DNA of 64,000 nucleotides from Longimicrobiales bacterium (GCA_965204735.1 OZ242008.1:3552001-3616000); one strand, 5' to 3'; shown: positions 1 to 10,146, counted from the stretch's first letter. A program made the numbers and translations. The notes: generated by a model from the sequence alone, not told the origin.

Positions 1-1679
1 GCTACCGAAACGACGGCATCGCCTTCACCAGGGCCGTCGCCGCAGTGGGCTACGAGCCCCGGCTGATCAGCCTCGCCCTCGGCCCCGACGACCCGGGCTT
101 CGCGGAAGAGGTGGGCGACGAGCTGGCCCGCTGCGTGGCCAGCCAGGTCCAGTGGCTGCCCTCGCTCCGCCACCGAGGTTTCTTGACCGACACCGAGACC
201 TTTGCCCGGCGCTTCCGGGAGCGCTGGGGAGTTCCGCCCCACTCCCACAGCGCAACCGCCTTCGGCGCCTTGGAGCTGCTGGCGCAGGCGACCGCTGCGA
301 CCGTCGGTCCCAACAGCGAGGTCGACAACCGCGCCCTTCGCGACTACCTCTTCGCCACCACCGCCGAAACGGTGACCGGTCCCTACGGGGTCGCTCCCCT
401 CGGGGACCCGGAGGCCGGCGTGCAGCGGGCGCTCAAGAGCCTCCAGGTCCAGTGGCAGGACGACGGGCAGGGCGCCTTGGCGCGACGGATCGTCCACCCG
501 GAGGCCGCCGCGCAGGCGCGGCCGTGCTTCAACGGGCCGGCCCCGATCCGGATCGCAGCCTCCTACCCCGCCACCGGCTACCTGCGCAACGACGGCGGCA
601 AGATGCGCAACGGCTACGAGCTCGGCGTGCGGATGCTCAACGAGCAGGGGGGGATCGGCGGGCGGAAGGTGGAGCTGACGACCCGCGACGACGGCAGCGA
701 CCCCGAGAGGGCCGCGGCGATCTACCGCGAGTTCGTCGCGGACGAGACGATCGATCTGGTGCTGGGCCCTTACGCCAGCCCGATCACGGAGGCCGTGATT
801 CCGGTCGTCGAAGCGGCGGAGCGTCCGTTGATCGCGGCGATGGCGGCGTCCACCGAGCTGTGGGTCGGTCGGGACCGCCGGTGGAGCGTGCAGATGCTCA
901 ACTCGGCCCACACCTACCTGCTCGGCTCGGTGGAGCTCGCTGCCGCGAACGGGGCCGCGACGGCGGCTCTGGTGTGGGAAGACACGCGCTTCCCCGAGTC
1001 GGTGGCCGGGGGCGTGCGCGCCGCCGTGGCGGAGCACGGCCTGCGGCTCGTGATGGACCAGTCGTATCCGGCAGGGGCCGCCGACCACGAGGCGCTGGCC
1101 AGGGCGGCGAAGGAAGCGGGCGCCGATCTCTTCGTCGGGGGCGGCTACCTGGACGATGCCGTCGGCCTCACCAAGGCGGCCGCGGCCGTCGAGTACGTGC
1201 CCAAGCTCATGAGTTGGAACATCGGACCCGCCGACCCCAACTTCGCCGAGCTGGCGGGCGACGCGGCCCGGTGCGTCGCGGGCAACACGCCATGGATCCC
1301 GTCGATCCGCACCAGAGGCGCCCTTGCCGACAGCGAGACCTTCGTTCGGCGCTACGAGGAGGCGTTCGGAGACGTGGAGGGCTACCATGCCGCCGGCGGC
1401 TTCGGCGCCGTCGAGCTCTTGGCCGAAGGGCTGCGGGCGACGATGGGCCAGGACGGCGAGATCGACGAAGCGGCCTTGCGGGACCATCTCTTCGGCGTTT
1501 CCACCGAGACGGTCATGGGACCCTTCGCGGTGGCCCCCTTGGGCCACGAGGCGGCGGGCACGCAGCAGGCGTTGACCGGCCTCCAAGTCCAGTGGCAGGA
1601 CGACGGCGAAGGAGGACTGGCGCAGATGATCGTCCATCCGGCGTCCGCGGCCAACGCCGAGGCCTGCTTCAACCGCTAA
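1..1679 (+). CDS. Branched-chain amino acid-type ABC substrate-binding protein with tandem duplicated binding domains (5' partial)
   Basis: LivJ/Peripla_BP_6-like motifs (NEQGGIGGRKVEL..DDGSDP, LVLGPYAS). The C-terminal motif LQVQWQDDG...IVHP..A...CFN occurs twice. The frame is open to the window edge. Confidence 0.8.
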   Translation, partial: YRNDGIAFTRAVAAVGYEPRLISLALGPDDPGFAEEVGDELARCVASQVQWLPSLRHRGFLTDTETFARRFRERWGVPPHSHSATAFGALELLAQATAATVGPNSEVDNRALRDYLFATTAETVTGPYGVAPLGDPEAGVQRALKSLQVQWQDDGQGALARRIVHPEAAAQARPCFNGPAPIRIAASYPATGYLRNDGGKMRNGYELGVRMLNEQGGIGGRKVELTTRDDGSDPERAAAIYREFVADETIDLVLGPYASPITEAVIPVVEAAERPLIAAMAASTELWVGRDRRWSVQMLNSAHTYLLGSVELAAANGAATAALVWEDTRFPESVAGGVRAAVAEHGLRLVMDQSYPAGAADHEALARAAKEAGADLFVGGGYLDDAVGLTKAAAAVEYVPKLMSWNIGPADPNFAELAGDAARCVAGNTPWIPSIRTRGALADSETFVRRYEEAFGDVEGYHAAGGFGAVELLAEGLRATMGQDGEIDEAALRDHLFGVSTETVMGPFAVAPLGHEAAGTQQALTGLQVQWQDDGEGGLAQMIVHPASAANAEACFNR

Positions 1680-1699
1680 GCCGCGACCTCGCCGGAGCC

Positions 1700-2809
1700 G
1701 TGCCCGAGCACCCCGACGACCAGCGGCCCCGAATCCGCCTGAGCACCCTTTCCCACGGGGCCGGGTGAGCGTGCAAGCTCGGCCGGGCCGAGCTGGCGCA
1801 GGTCCTGCGTCCACTTCTACCTGAGCACGAGGGCGGCTCGCGGCAGGTCGCGGGCGGCGCCGTTCGCGCGGCCGGCGACCCCCAGGTGCTGGTGGACGCC
1901 AGCACGGGAGACGACGCCGCCGTGTACTTGGTGGCCCCCGACCGGGCGCTGGTGGTCACCCTCGACTTCTTCACGCCGATCGTCGACGACCCCTACGACT
2001 TCGGGCGCATCGCGGCGGCCAACGCCCTCTCGGACGTGTATGCGATGGGAGGGACGCCGCTCTTCGCCCTCAACCTCCTCTCGTTCCCCCGGGGACTGCT
2101 CTCCGAGGGGCTGGCCGAAGAGATCGTCCGAGGCGGCGCCGACAAGGCGGCGGAAGCGGGCGTGCCGGTGCTGGGGGGCCACTCCATCGACGATCCCGTG
2201 CCCAAGTACGGGATGGCGGCCGTGGGCGAGGTCCATCCGGAGAAGGTGCTGGCCAACGACCGCGCGCGACCCGGCGACCGCCTCGTTCTGACGAAGCCCC
2301 TCGGCACGGGAGTCGTGGCGACCGCCGTGAAGAACGGCGAGTGCCCGTCGGAAACCCTTGCCGCGGCGGTGGAGACGATGGCGCGGCTGAACCGAGACGC
2401 CGCCGAGGCCGCCCGGGCAGCGGACGCCCGGGCCGCCACCGACGTGACCGGCTACGGCCTGACGGGACACCTTCACGCCATGCTCCAGGCGTCGGGGGCG
2501 TCGGCCCGGATCGACTCCGCCCGGGTTCCCCTCTTGAAGGGGGCGGTGGAGCTCGCCGAGGCGGGCCACGTCCCCGGGGGCACCCGGCGCAACTTGGCGG
2601 AGGCCGACAACCACGTCTCCTGGGAACGCGACGTTCCGGCGGTCCTCAGGCTGCTCCTCGCCGACGCCCAAACCTCGGGCGGTCTGCTGATCGCCTGCCC
2701 GCCGGATCGAGCGGCGCGGCTCCTGAAGGAGGCAGCGGCCAGAAACGTTCCCGCCGCACAGATCGGCCAAGTCGAGGCGGGTCCGGGCGGGCGGATCCTG
2801 GTGGTCTAG
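1700..2809 (+). CDS. selD: Selenide, water dikinase (selenophosphate synthetase), Sec-containing via UGA at 1766-1768
   Basis: GTG 1700 reads ...RLSTLSHGAG-TGA-ACKLG..., in frame with ORF 1886-2809. That ORF carries DDAAVY, DFFTPIVDDPYDFGRIAAANALSDVYAMGG, TDVTGYGL and DAQTSGGLL. The UGA sits at the catalytic Cys of the HGAGCGCK motif. Confidence 0.93.
1771..1800 (+). promoter_or_regulatory. Candidate bacterial SECIS hairpin of selD
   Basis: AGCTCGGC-CGG-GCCGAGCT is a perfect 8-bp stem, extendable by GTGC/GCGC, starting just 3' of the UGA. Confidence 0.65.
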
Positions 2810-2870
2810 CTCCAGCGCCTGCGTCGTGCCGCGCTCGGGCCGGCCGCCGCGCTCCGGCCCGGACGGCCCG

Positions 2871-5435
2871 CTACGCTTGGGCGGGCACCACGGCGGCGGC
2901 TTCCGGCACCGCCGGCATCGTCGGCGCCCGGGTCGTCGCTTTCTTCCGGGGCGGGTGGACGGCCAGCGCCACCACCCGGTCCAGGTCGTCGACCAGGTGG
3001 ACCGTCAGGGAGTCCCGGACGGCGTCGGGCAGGTCCTCCAGGTGGGATTCGTTCTCCCTGGGCAGGATCACCTCCAGTATCCCCGCCCGCACCGCGCCCA
3101 GGACCTTCTCCTTCACGCCGCCGATGGGCAGCACCCGCCCCGTGAGCGTGAGTTCGCCGGTCATCGCCAGGTCGCTTCGCACCTTCCGGCCCGACACCGC
3201 CGAGATCAGGGCCGTGGCCATCGTGATCCCCGCCGAGGGGCCGTCCTTGGGCACGGCGCCCGCGGGCACGTGGATGTGGGTGTCCCGATCGTCCAGGGCG
3301 CCCTTCTCGATCCCCAGCGCACGGTAGTTGCTCTTGGCGTACGAGAGGGCGGCCCGCGCGGACTCCTTCATCACGTCGCCGAGCTGGCCCGTCAGCGCCA
3401 GCTTGCCGTCGCCGTGCATGACCGAGGCCTCCACGAACATGATGTCGCCGCCCATCGGCGTGTAGAACATTCCCGTGGCCACGCCCGTCGCGTCCTCGTT
3501 CGCCTTGCGCTCCGGGTGCACGCGAGGCCGCCCCAGCAGCTCGGCGACGCTCTCCGCGGTCACCCCAATGCTCTCGGTCTCGCCGGACGCGATCTTGCGG
3601 GCGACCTTGCGCGCCAGCTTGCCCAGCTCCCTCTCGAGCTGCCGCACGCCGGCTTCGTGCGTGTACTTCTGGATGACCGTCAGCAGCGCGTCTTCGGCGA
3701 TCTCCAGCTCGCCTTCCTCGAGCCCCGAGTGCCGCGTCTGCCGGGGAAGGAGGTACCGTCGCGCGATCTCCACCTTCTCCTGCTCCGTGTAGCCCCTGAA
3801 CTCCACCGTCTCCATGCGGTCCAGCAACGGCCTGGGAATGCGGTCGGCGTAGTTGGCGGTGGCGATGAAGAGCACCTCGGACAGATCGAAGGGAATCCCC
3901 AGGTAGTGGTCGAAGAAGGTGGAGTTCTGGGCCGGGTCGAGAACCTCCAGCAGCGCGGAGCTCGGGTCCCCCTGAAAGGACGTTCCCAGCTTGTCCACCT
4001 CGTCGAGCAGGAAGACCGGGTTCTTGTTCCCCGCGTCCTTCATTCCCTGAATGATCCGTCCGGGCATGGCGCCGACGTAGGTGCGGCGGTGGCCCCGAAT
4101 GTCCGCCTCGTCCCGCGCGCCGCCCAAGGAGATGCGGATGTACTTTCGTCCTATGGAGCGGGCAATCGACTGGGCGATGCTGGTCTTGCCCACCCCTGGC
4201 GGCCCCGCGAAGAGCAGGATCGGTCCCTTGCCGCCGAAGGTGGGCGGTTCTTCGCCTGCTTCGCTCTCGTCGTCGCCCGCGTCGGCCCCTTCGGGCGCTT
4301 CGGCGGTCTCGGCAACGTCGGCGGCGTCGGCAACGGCGGTGTCGGCAGCGGCGGCGCCTTCGGCTCCGTCGCGCGCTGCATCGTCTTCGGAAGTCCCCTC
4401 GAGCCTCTCCTGCTGAAGCTTCCGCACCGCCAGGAACTCCAGCACCCGGTCCTTGACGTCGCTGAGCCCGTAGTGGTCCTCCTCCAGGATCTCCTGGGAC
4501 CGCGTCAAGTCCAGCTTGTCCTCGGTCCGAACGCTCCACGGCAGCTCGGTGATCCACTCCAGGAAGGTACGGATGACTTGGTACTCGGCCGACTGGGGCG
4601 AGGTGCGGTTCAGCCGACGAAGCTCCCGCTCCACTTCCCTGCGGGCCTGCTTGCCCAGCTCCAGGGCGGCGAGGCGCTCCCGGAGCTCGTCCAGCTCGTC
4701 CCGCTCGCCTTCCTCGCCCAGCTCCTTGCGGATCTGCTTCATCTGCTCCCGCAGGAGCATCTCCCGCTGACGTTCTCCCAGCTCCTCCTGGACCTTGGCC
4801 TGGATGTCCTCCTGGGCGTCGAGGCGCACTAGAGCCCGCTTGACGGCGACGAGCACCGCCTGCATCCGCGTCTCGTCCTCCAACGTCTCCAGCAGCCCCT
4901 GCTTCTCGCCGGTCTCCAAGTCGAGGTAGAAGCCCACCAAGTCCGCGAAAGCGCCCGGGTCCTCCACCCCTTCGATCAGCTGGCTGACCGCCTCCGACGA
5001 GACGCCTTGGCGGGCGCTCAGCTCCGCCGCCCGCTCCCGAAGCTCCGTGTCCAGCGCCAGGAACGACGGGTCGTCGCCGACCGCCGGGCGGGTGCGCTCC
5101 ATCGACACCAAGGTGGCGCGCAGCATGGCCTCGCCCTCGTTCAGGTACGCCAGGGCGCGGCCCCGCCCTTCCCCCTGGACCAGGAGCTGGATGCCGCCTC
5201 GCACGCGATGGGTCTGGATGACCCGAACCACCGTGCCCACGGCGTAGAGGATCTGGGGATCGGCTTCCTCCTGGTTGTCCCGCTGGGCGACTGCGAACAG
5301 CCTGCGGTCGCCCTCCAGCGCCTGCTGGACCGCCTCTATCGTTCCCGTGCGGCCGGCCGAGATGGGCACGGCCACGCCCGGATAGACCACCGTGTCCCGG
5401 AGGGGAAGCACCGGCAGCGAGAAGCGCTTCTTCAT
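2871..5435 (-). CDS. lon: ATP-dependent Lon protease
   Basis: LPVLPLRD N-domain, Walker A GPPGVGKTS, RRTYVGAMPG, LLDEVDK, catalytic PKDGPSAG and PIGGVKEK. Confidence 0.97.
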   Translation of the reverse strand: MKKRFSLPVLPLRDTVVYPGVAVPISAGRTGTIEAVQQALEGDRRLFAVAQRDNQEEADPQILYAVGTVVRVIQTHRVRGGIQLLVQGEGRGRALAYLNEGEAMLRATLVSMERTRPAVGDDPSFLALDTELRERAAELSARQGVSSEAVSQLIEGVEDPGAFADLVGFYLDLETGEKQGLLETLEDETRMQAVLVAVKRALVRLDAQEDIQAKVQEELGERQREMLLREQMKQIRKELGEEGERDELDELRERLAALELGKQARREVERELRRLNRTSPQSAEYQVIRTFLEWITELPWSVRTEDKLDLTRSQEILEEDHYGLSDVKDRVLEFLAVRKLQQERLEGTSEDDAARDGAEGAAAADTAVADAADVAETAEAPEGADAGDDESEAGEEPPTFGGKGPILLFAGPPGVGKTSIAQSIARSIGRKYIRISLGGARDEADIRGHRRTYVGAMPGRIIQGMKDAGNKNPVFLLDEVDKLGTSFQGDPSSALLEVLDPAQNSTFFDHYLGIPFDLSEVLFIATANYADRIPRPLLDRMETVEFRGYTEQEKVEIARRYLLPRQTRHSGLEEGELEIAEDALLTVIQKYTHEAGVRQLERELGKLARKVARKIASGETESIGVTAESVAELLGRPRVHPERKANEDATGVATGMFYTPMGGDIMFVEASVMHGDGKLALTGQLGDVMKESARAALSYAKSNYRALGIEKGALDDRDTHIHVPAGAVPKDGPSAGITMATALISAVSGRKVRSDLAMTGELTLTGRVLPIGGVKEKVLGAVRAGILEVILPRENESHLEDLPDAVRDSLTVHLVDDLDRVVALAVHPPRKKATTRAPTMPAVPEAAAVVPAQA

Positions 5436-5675
5436 GTACCCGTCGCCTTGGTCGTGACTTGGTGACCTGATCGCGAGTCGCCGGCCCTGCGTCGGGACCT
5501 CCGCCACCTGATCGGACCCGGCGCCTGCCTGCGACCATTCTATCCTGCCCCTTGCCCCACCTGCCAGACCTTACGGAGACGTCCGCGCCTCGGTTACATT
5601 CGCCCGGCGGCCAGCTCCGCCGCCGGCCCCGACGGTCCCCGAGCCACGACAACCCCGAGCCACGAGGACGATGCA

Positions 5676-7412
5676 ATGCTCCCGCGCCGGCTTCCGCCTC
5701 TCGCCCTGGCGTTCTTCGACCGTCGCCGACCCTGCCGGTCCTGCGCCGTCGGCCCGCGCCGGCTTCCGCCCCTCGCCCTGGCGTTCTTCTGCGTGGCGTC
5801 CGCGTCGCCCATGAGCGCCCACGCCCTTCAGCACAGCATGGCCGCCCGGTCGACGGTGTACGCGCCGCGGGCGGCGGCCGCAACGAGCCAGCCGCTGGCC
5901 ACCTCCGCCGCGCTTGCGATCATGGACCGCGGCGGCAACGCGGTCGACGCGGCCGTGGCGGCCGCCGCCGTGCTCAACGTGGTGGAGCCGCACATGACCG
6001 GCGCCGGGGGAGACGCCTTCGCCATCGTGTGGTGGGCCGAGACCGGAGAGCTGGTGGGGCTCGACGCCAGCGGCCGGAGCGGGAGCGGGATGACGGTGGA
6101 GGCGTTGCGGAGCCGGGGCCGCGAGCGGACGCCCGGGTCGGGGGCCGAGGCGGTGACGGTTCCCGGCGCCGTGTCGGGGTGGCACGCCCTGGTGGACGCC
6201 TACGGGAAGCTGGAGCTGGCCCAGGTCCTGGCGCCGGCAATTCGCATTGCAGAAGAGGGCTTTCCGGTCACGCCGATCATCGCCCGCCAGTGGGCTGCGG
6301 CAGCGGAGAAGCTGGCGGCGGACGAAGGCGCCCGAGCCACCTACTTGGTGGACGGGCAGCGGGCGCCGAGGGCGGGCGAGTGGTTCGCCAACCCGGACTT
6401 GGCCCGTTCGTTCCGCCGGATCGCCGACAAGGGTCCGGGCGTTCTCTACGGCGGCGCGCTGGGAGAAGAGCTGGTCCGGGGCGTCCAGGCGCTGGGCGGC
6501 TTCGTCACGCTCCAGGACATGGCGGCCCACCAGCCCCGCTGGGTCGAGCCCCTGAGCGCCGACTTCCGGGGCTGGACGGTCTGGGAGCTGCCGCCCGCGG
6601 GACAGGGCATAGCGGCGCTGGAGCTGCTGAAGCTGCTGGAGCCCTTCGACCTGGAGGGCATGGGCCACAACTCGGCCGAGTACCTGCATCACCTGATCGA
6701 GGCCAAGAAGGTGGCCTTCGCCGACCTCCACCGCTACATCTCCGACCCCGAGAGCATGGAGATCGACCCCCGGTCGCTCTTGGAGCCCGGCTTCGTGGAC
6801 GCCCGCCGGCGGCTCATCGACCCCCGGGCGGCGGCCGAACGGGTCGAGCCCGGCCCCGCCGTCACCGACTCCGAGACGATCTACCTGGCGGTCGCCGACG
6901 CGGACGGCAACATGGTGTCGTTCATCAACTCGATCTACTCGTCCTTCGGTTCCGGCGTGGTGGTCCCGGGGACCGGCTTCGCGCTCCAGAACCGGGGCGC
7001 CGGGTTCGTGATGGAGGACGGGCACCCCAACCAGGTCGGGCCTCGCAAGCGTCCCTTCCACACGATCATTCCCGGCTTCGTCACCAGGGACGGCGCGCCC
7101 CGCATGGCGTTCGGGCTCATGGGCGGCTCCATGCAGCCCCAGGGCCACGCCCAACTGCTCCTCAACATGCTGGTCTTCGGCATGGACCCGCAGGAAGCAG
7201 TGGACGCGGCGCGCTTCCGCCACTTCTCCGGGCGGTCGGTGGCGGTCGAGGGAATCGACGCGGAGACGGCGGCCGATCTGGAAGCCAGGGGGCACGAGCT
7301 CGCCGACTGGACCCGCGCGGACTTCGGCGGCGCCCAAGTGATCGTTCGGCTCTCCAAGGGGTGGGCCGCCGCCTCGGAACCGAGAAAGGACGGCCACGCC
7401 GCCGGCAACTGA
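5676..7412 (+). CDS. ggt: Gamma-glutamyltransferase family protein
   Basis: GGNAVDAAVA, VTVPGAV, nucleophile region ETIYLAVADADGNMVS, FGSG, KRPFHTIIP, GGSMQPQGH. Start uncertain (5676 or 5811). Confidence 0.9.
   Translation: MLPRRLPPLALAFFDRRRPCRSCAVGPRRLPPLALAFFCVASASPMSAHALQHSMAARSTVYAPRAAAATSQPLATSAALAIMDRGGNAVDAAVAAAAVLNVVEPHMTGAGGDAFAIVWWAETGELVGLDASGRSGSGMTVEALRSRGRERTPGSGAEAVTVPGAVSGWHALVDAYGKLELAQVLAPAIRIAEEGFPVTPIIARQWAAAAEKLAADEGARATYLVDGQRAPRAGEWFANPDLARSFRRIADKGPGVLYGGALGEELVRGVQALGGFVTLQDMAAHQPRWVEPLSADFRGWTVWELPPAGQGIAALELLKLLEPFDLEGMGHNSAEYLHHLIEAKKVAFADLHRYISDPESMEIDPRSLLEPGFVDARRRLIDPRAAAERVEPGPAVTDSETIYLAVADADGNMVSFINSIYSSFGSGVVVPGTGFALQNRGAGFVMEDGHPNQVGPRKRPFHTIIPGFVTRDGAPRMAFGLMGGSMQPQGHAQLLLNMLVFGMDPQEAVDAARFRHFSGRSVAVEGIDAETAADLEARGHELADWTRADFGGAQVIVRLSKGWAAASEPRKDGHAAGN
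5681..5789. repeat. 37-bp direct repeat pair with a 35-bp intervening segment
   Basis: CCCGCGCCGGCTTCCGCC(T/C)CTCGCCCTGGCGTTCTTC at 5681-5717 and 5753-5789. Confidence 0.9.
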
Positions 7413-7413
7413 A

Positions 7414-8151
7414 GTGGCGAGCGCGGCGGCGGTTCCCGTGCCGGCCGCGACGCTGGTCCTCCTGAGGGACGCGGCGGCGGGCCCGGAAGCGCTTCTGCTG
7501 CGCCGAAGCCGCGTCACCCGGTTCGCTCCCGGCTTCTACGTCTTCCCGGGCGGCCGGGTGGACCCGTCCGACGGGGGCAAGGCCCTCGCCGACCTCTGGA
7601 ACGGGCTCGATCCAGACGCTGCCCGCGCTCGGCTGGGCTTGGACCCTGGGGAGACGCCTTCCGCCTTGGCCTACTACGGGGCGGCAGTCAGGGAGGCCTT
7701 CGAGGAGACGGGCGTCGTCGCCTGCGCGGCAGCCGAAGGGACGCCGGCCGACGGGGAACCGTTCTCCGCGGCCCGCGAATCGCTGCTGAACGGCGTCGAG
7801 TCCTTCTCCCGGGTCCTGCGGCGCCTGCGTCTGCGGCTGGACGGCGCCGCCCTGGAGTACGTCGCCCACTGGGTCACCCCGGCCGCGTCTCCCCGCCGCT
7901 ACGACACGCGCTTCTTCGCGACCGCCGTCCCGCCCGGCATCCGCGTCGCGGCAGACGAGCGGGAGATCGTGCACGCCGCGTGGCTTTCTCCCCGCGCCGC
8001 CCTGGCGCGTCACCGGGCCGGCGACCTGCCCCTCATGCGTCCCACCCGGCGCACCCTGGAGGAGTTCCAGGCGTTCTCCTCGGTCGACGCGCTGCTCTCC
8101 GCCTACCGGGGCCGCGCCGTTCCCCGCATCGAGCCGAACCCGGGTCTCTAG
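7414..8151 (+). CDS. NUDIX hydrolase
   Basis: PAATLVLLRD, YVFPGGRVD, AAVREAFEETG Nudix box, HWVTP..RRYDTRFF. Confidence 0.88.
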   Translation: MASAAAVPVPAATLVLLRDAAAGPEALLLRRSRVTRFAPGFYVFPGGRVDPSDGGKALADLWNGLDPDAARARLGLDPGETPSALAYYGAAVREAFEETGVVACAAAEGTPADGEPFSAARESLLNGVESFSRVLRRLRLRLDGAALEYVAHWVTPAASPRRYDTRFFATAVPPGIRVAADEREIVHAAWLSPRAALARHRAGDLPLMRPTRRTLEEFQAFSSVDALLSAYRGRAVPRIEPNPGL

Positions 8152-8157
8152 GCGAGG

Positions 8158-9831
8158 CTAGGCCCGGTCGCGTCCCAGGGCGGCCCGCACGACATCGAGC
8201 AAGCCGACCCCGAGCACCGTCGCCGCGCCGACCACGTTGTGCCAGAGGTACGCCACCTCCGGCGCGAAGTAGGCGGTCGCCGCCACCGCTCCCATGCCGG
8301 CCGCCAGCCCTTCGAGGGCGCCCCTGCCGCGAGCCCGCGGAATCAAGGCCAGCAGGAAGACGCCCAGGATGGAGCCGTAGAAGAGCGACCCGACCCGGTT
8401 CACCACTTCGATCAGCGATCCCAGGTTCGCGATGAAGGTGGCGACCACGCAGGCGAAGGCGCCCCAGAAGAGGGTGGTCCATCGGGAGACGGCCAAGTAG
8501 TGGGCGTCGCCGGCGCGGCGTCGGAACCAGCGACGGTAGAAGTCCACCACGGTGGTCGTGGAGAGGGAGTTGAGCTCGGAGGAGATGCTCGACATCGCCG
8601 CCGCGATCACGGCCGCGACGAACAGCCCCGACAGCCCGACGGGAAGCTCGCTCAGGACGAAGCGGGGAATCACGTAGTTGACGTCGTCGGAGGGCTCGCC
8701 CGTCACCGCCTCCGCAAGCCCCAGCGCCTCCCGCCGGATCTCCTGCACGGCGGCGTCCCGGGAAAGGAACTCGTCCATGGCGCCGGGGGCGGGTCCCTCG
8801 TTCGCCTCGACGGCCCTTCTCGCCGCGGCCTCGCGCTCTGCCAGCGCGGCGGCGAACCGCTCCCGAAGCGCATCGTACTCGGCGCCCCGCTCCTGGACGA
8901 CGTTCGCCTCGTGCTCCGGGTTGTAGAGAAGCGGCTGGGGCTGGAACTGGTAGTGCACGAACACCAGCACGCCGACCAGGAGCACCAGCGCCTGGAGCGG
9001 AATCTTCCAGTACGCGCTCATGAGCAGGGAGCTGCGCGCCGCGCCCACCGACTTGGCGGCCAGGTACCGCTGGACCTGGCTCTGGTCGGTGCCGAAGTAC
9101 GACAGCATGAGGAACGTCCCGCCGATCAGCCCCGACCACAGCGTGTAGCGCTCCGTGACCGTGAAGGACAGGTCAAAGACCTCGAGCCGTCCCGCCGCCC
9201 CTGCCAGGCGCAGCGCGTCGTCAGGCGAGACGGGCATCTTCGCCACGAGCACCGCCACCACCGTCGCCAGAGACGCGACGATGAGAATCATCTGCTTCAC
9301 GTCGGTCCAGGTCACTGCCTGGATGCCGCCGAGCATCGTGTACGCCACGGTCGGCACGCCGATCAGCGCCACGCACCACTCCAGCGGCCACCCCAAGACT
9401 GCCGAGAAGACCACGCCCGGCGCTGCGATGATCGTGCCGCACGCCGCGCCTCTGGAGAGGAGGAAGAGGAAGGCGGTGAACGACCGGGTGCCCGGACCGA
9501 ACCGCTGCTCCAGGTACTCGTACGCTGTGTAGACCCCGGCGCCGCGGAGGAGGGGGACCAGCGTCGCCCCGAGGATCACCATCGCCAGGGGCAGGCCGAA
9601 GTAGATCTGGACGAAGCGAAGGCCGTCGGTCGCGCCCTGTCCGGTCGTGCCGATCAACGTCACTGCCGACAGCTGGGTCGCCATGACCGAGAGCCCCACG
9701 GCCCACCAGGGCAGCGTCCGGTTGGCGAGGAAGTAGCCTTCGATCTGCCGGGTGCCCTTGGCCCGGCGAACGCCGTCCACCACCACGTAGGCCAAGTAGC
9801 CTGCAACGACGATCCAGTTCAGAGGATGCAA
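8158..9831 (-). CDS. Sodium:solute symporter family transporter
   Basis: YFLANRTLPWWAVGLS, YEYLEQRFG, GGIQAVTWTD, GTDQSQVQRYL, AAAMSS; many hydrophobic helices. Confidence 0.92.
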   Translation of the reverse strand: MHPLNWIVVAGYLAYVVVDGVRRAKGTRQIEGYFLANRTLPWWAVGLSVMATQLSAVTLIGTTGQGATDGLRFVQIYFGLPLAMVILGATLVPLLRGAGVYTAYEYLEQRFGPGTRSFTAFLFLLSRGAACGTIIAAPGVVFSAVLGWPLEWCVALIGVPTVAYTMLGGIQAVTWTDVKQMILIVASLATVVAVLVAKMPVSPDDALRLAGAAGRLEVFDLSFTVTERYTLWSGLIGGTFLMLSYFGTDQSQVQRYLAAKSVGAARSSLLMSAYWKIPLQALVLLVGVLVFVHYQFQPQPLLYNPEHEANVVQERGAEYDALRERFAAALAEREAAARRAVEANEGPAPGAMDEFLSRDAAVQEIRREALGLAEAVTGEPSDDVNYVIPRFVLSELPVGLSGLFVAAVIAAAMSSISSELNSLSTTTVVDFYRRWFRRRAGDAHYLAVSRWTTLFWGAFACVVATFIANLGSLIEVVNRVGSLFYGSILGVFLLALIPRARGRGALEGLAAGMGAVAATAYFAPEVAYLWHNVVGAATVLGVGLLDVVRAALGRDRA

Positions 9832-9852
9832 GCGGCGGTCGTCTTCCCCTCT

Positions 9853-10146
9853 TCAGCCGTGGTAGCGGGCCTGGAGGAGCCAGAGGAGGGCCATCGTCGC
9901 CGCCTGCACCAGAAGGACGCGCGCCAGGGTTCCGCCCGCGGGAGGAGCGTCGGCGGGTCCAGCGGGTCCGGGTTCGGCGGGTCCAGCGGGTCCGGGTTCG
10001 GCGGGTCCAGCGGGTCCGGGTTCGGCGGGTCCAGCGGGTCCGGGTTCGGCGGGTCCAGCGGGTCCAGCGGGTTCGGAGTCCGGTGGATCCGGCGTCGGGG
10101 GCCGAGTTGCGGTTCGGCTCGCCGGCGGGGCGTCGTCGTGGGACAT
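9853..10146 (-). CDS. Small membrane protein upstream of the SSS gene, with a Pro/Gly/Ala repeat expansion
   Basis: ATG 10146; (PAEPGPAG)n followed by one hydrophobic helix TLARVLLVQAATMALLWLLQARY; stop 21 nt before the SSS start. Confidence 0.6.
   Translation of the reverse strand: MSHDDAPPASRTATRPPTPDPPDSEPAGPAGPAEPGPAGPAEPGPAGPAEPGPAGPAEPGPAGPADAPPAGGTLARVLLVQAATMALLWLLQARYHG
9953..10075. repeat. 24-bp tandem repeat (4 exact copies + 1 variant)
   Basis: GCGGGTCCAGCGGGTCCGGGTTCG repeated from 9953. Confidence 0.95.

Noticed and set aside
152..1768. 538-aa plus-strand ORF and the many other long Arg/Gly/Pro-rich alternative-frame ORFs (e.g. 2806-5883, 34477-37713, 34833-37958)
   Set aside because: Shadow ORFs expected at high GC, overlapping well-supported genes. 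Only the last 22 codons of 152-1768 are real (the SelD N-terminus).
9953..10075. CRISPR array or collagen-like gene
   Set aside because: Head-to-tail repeats without spacers; the 8-residue unit breaks the Gly-X-Y periodicity.
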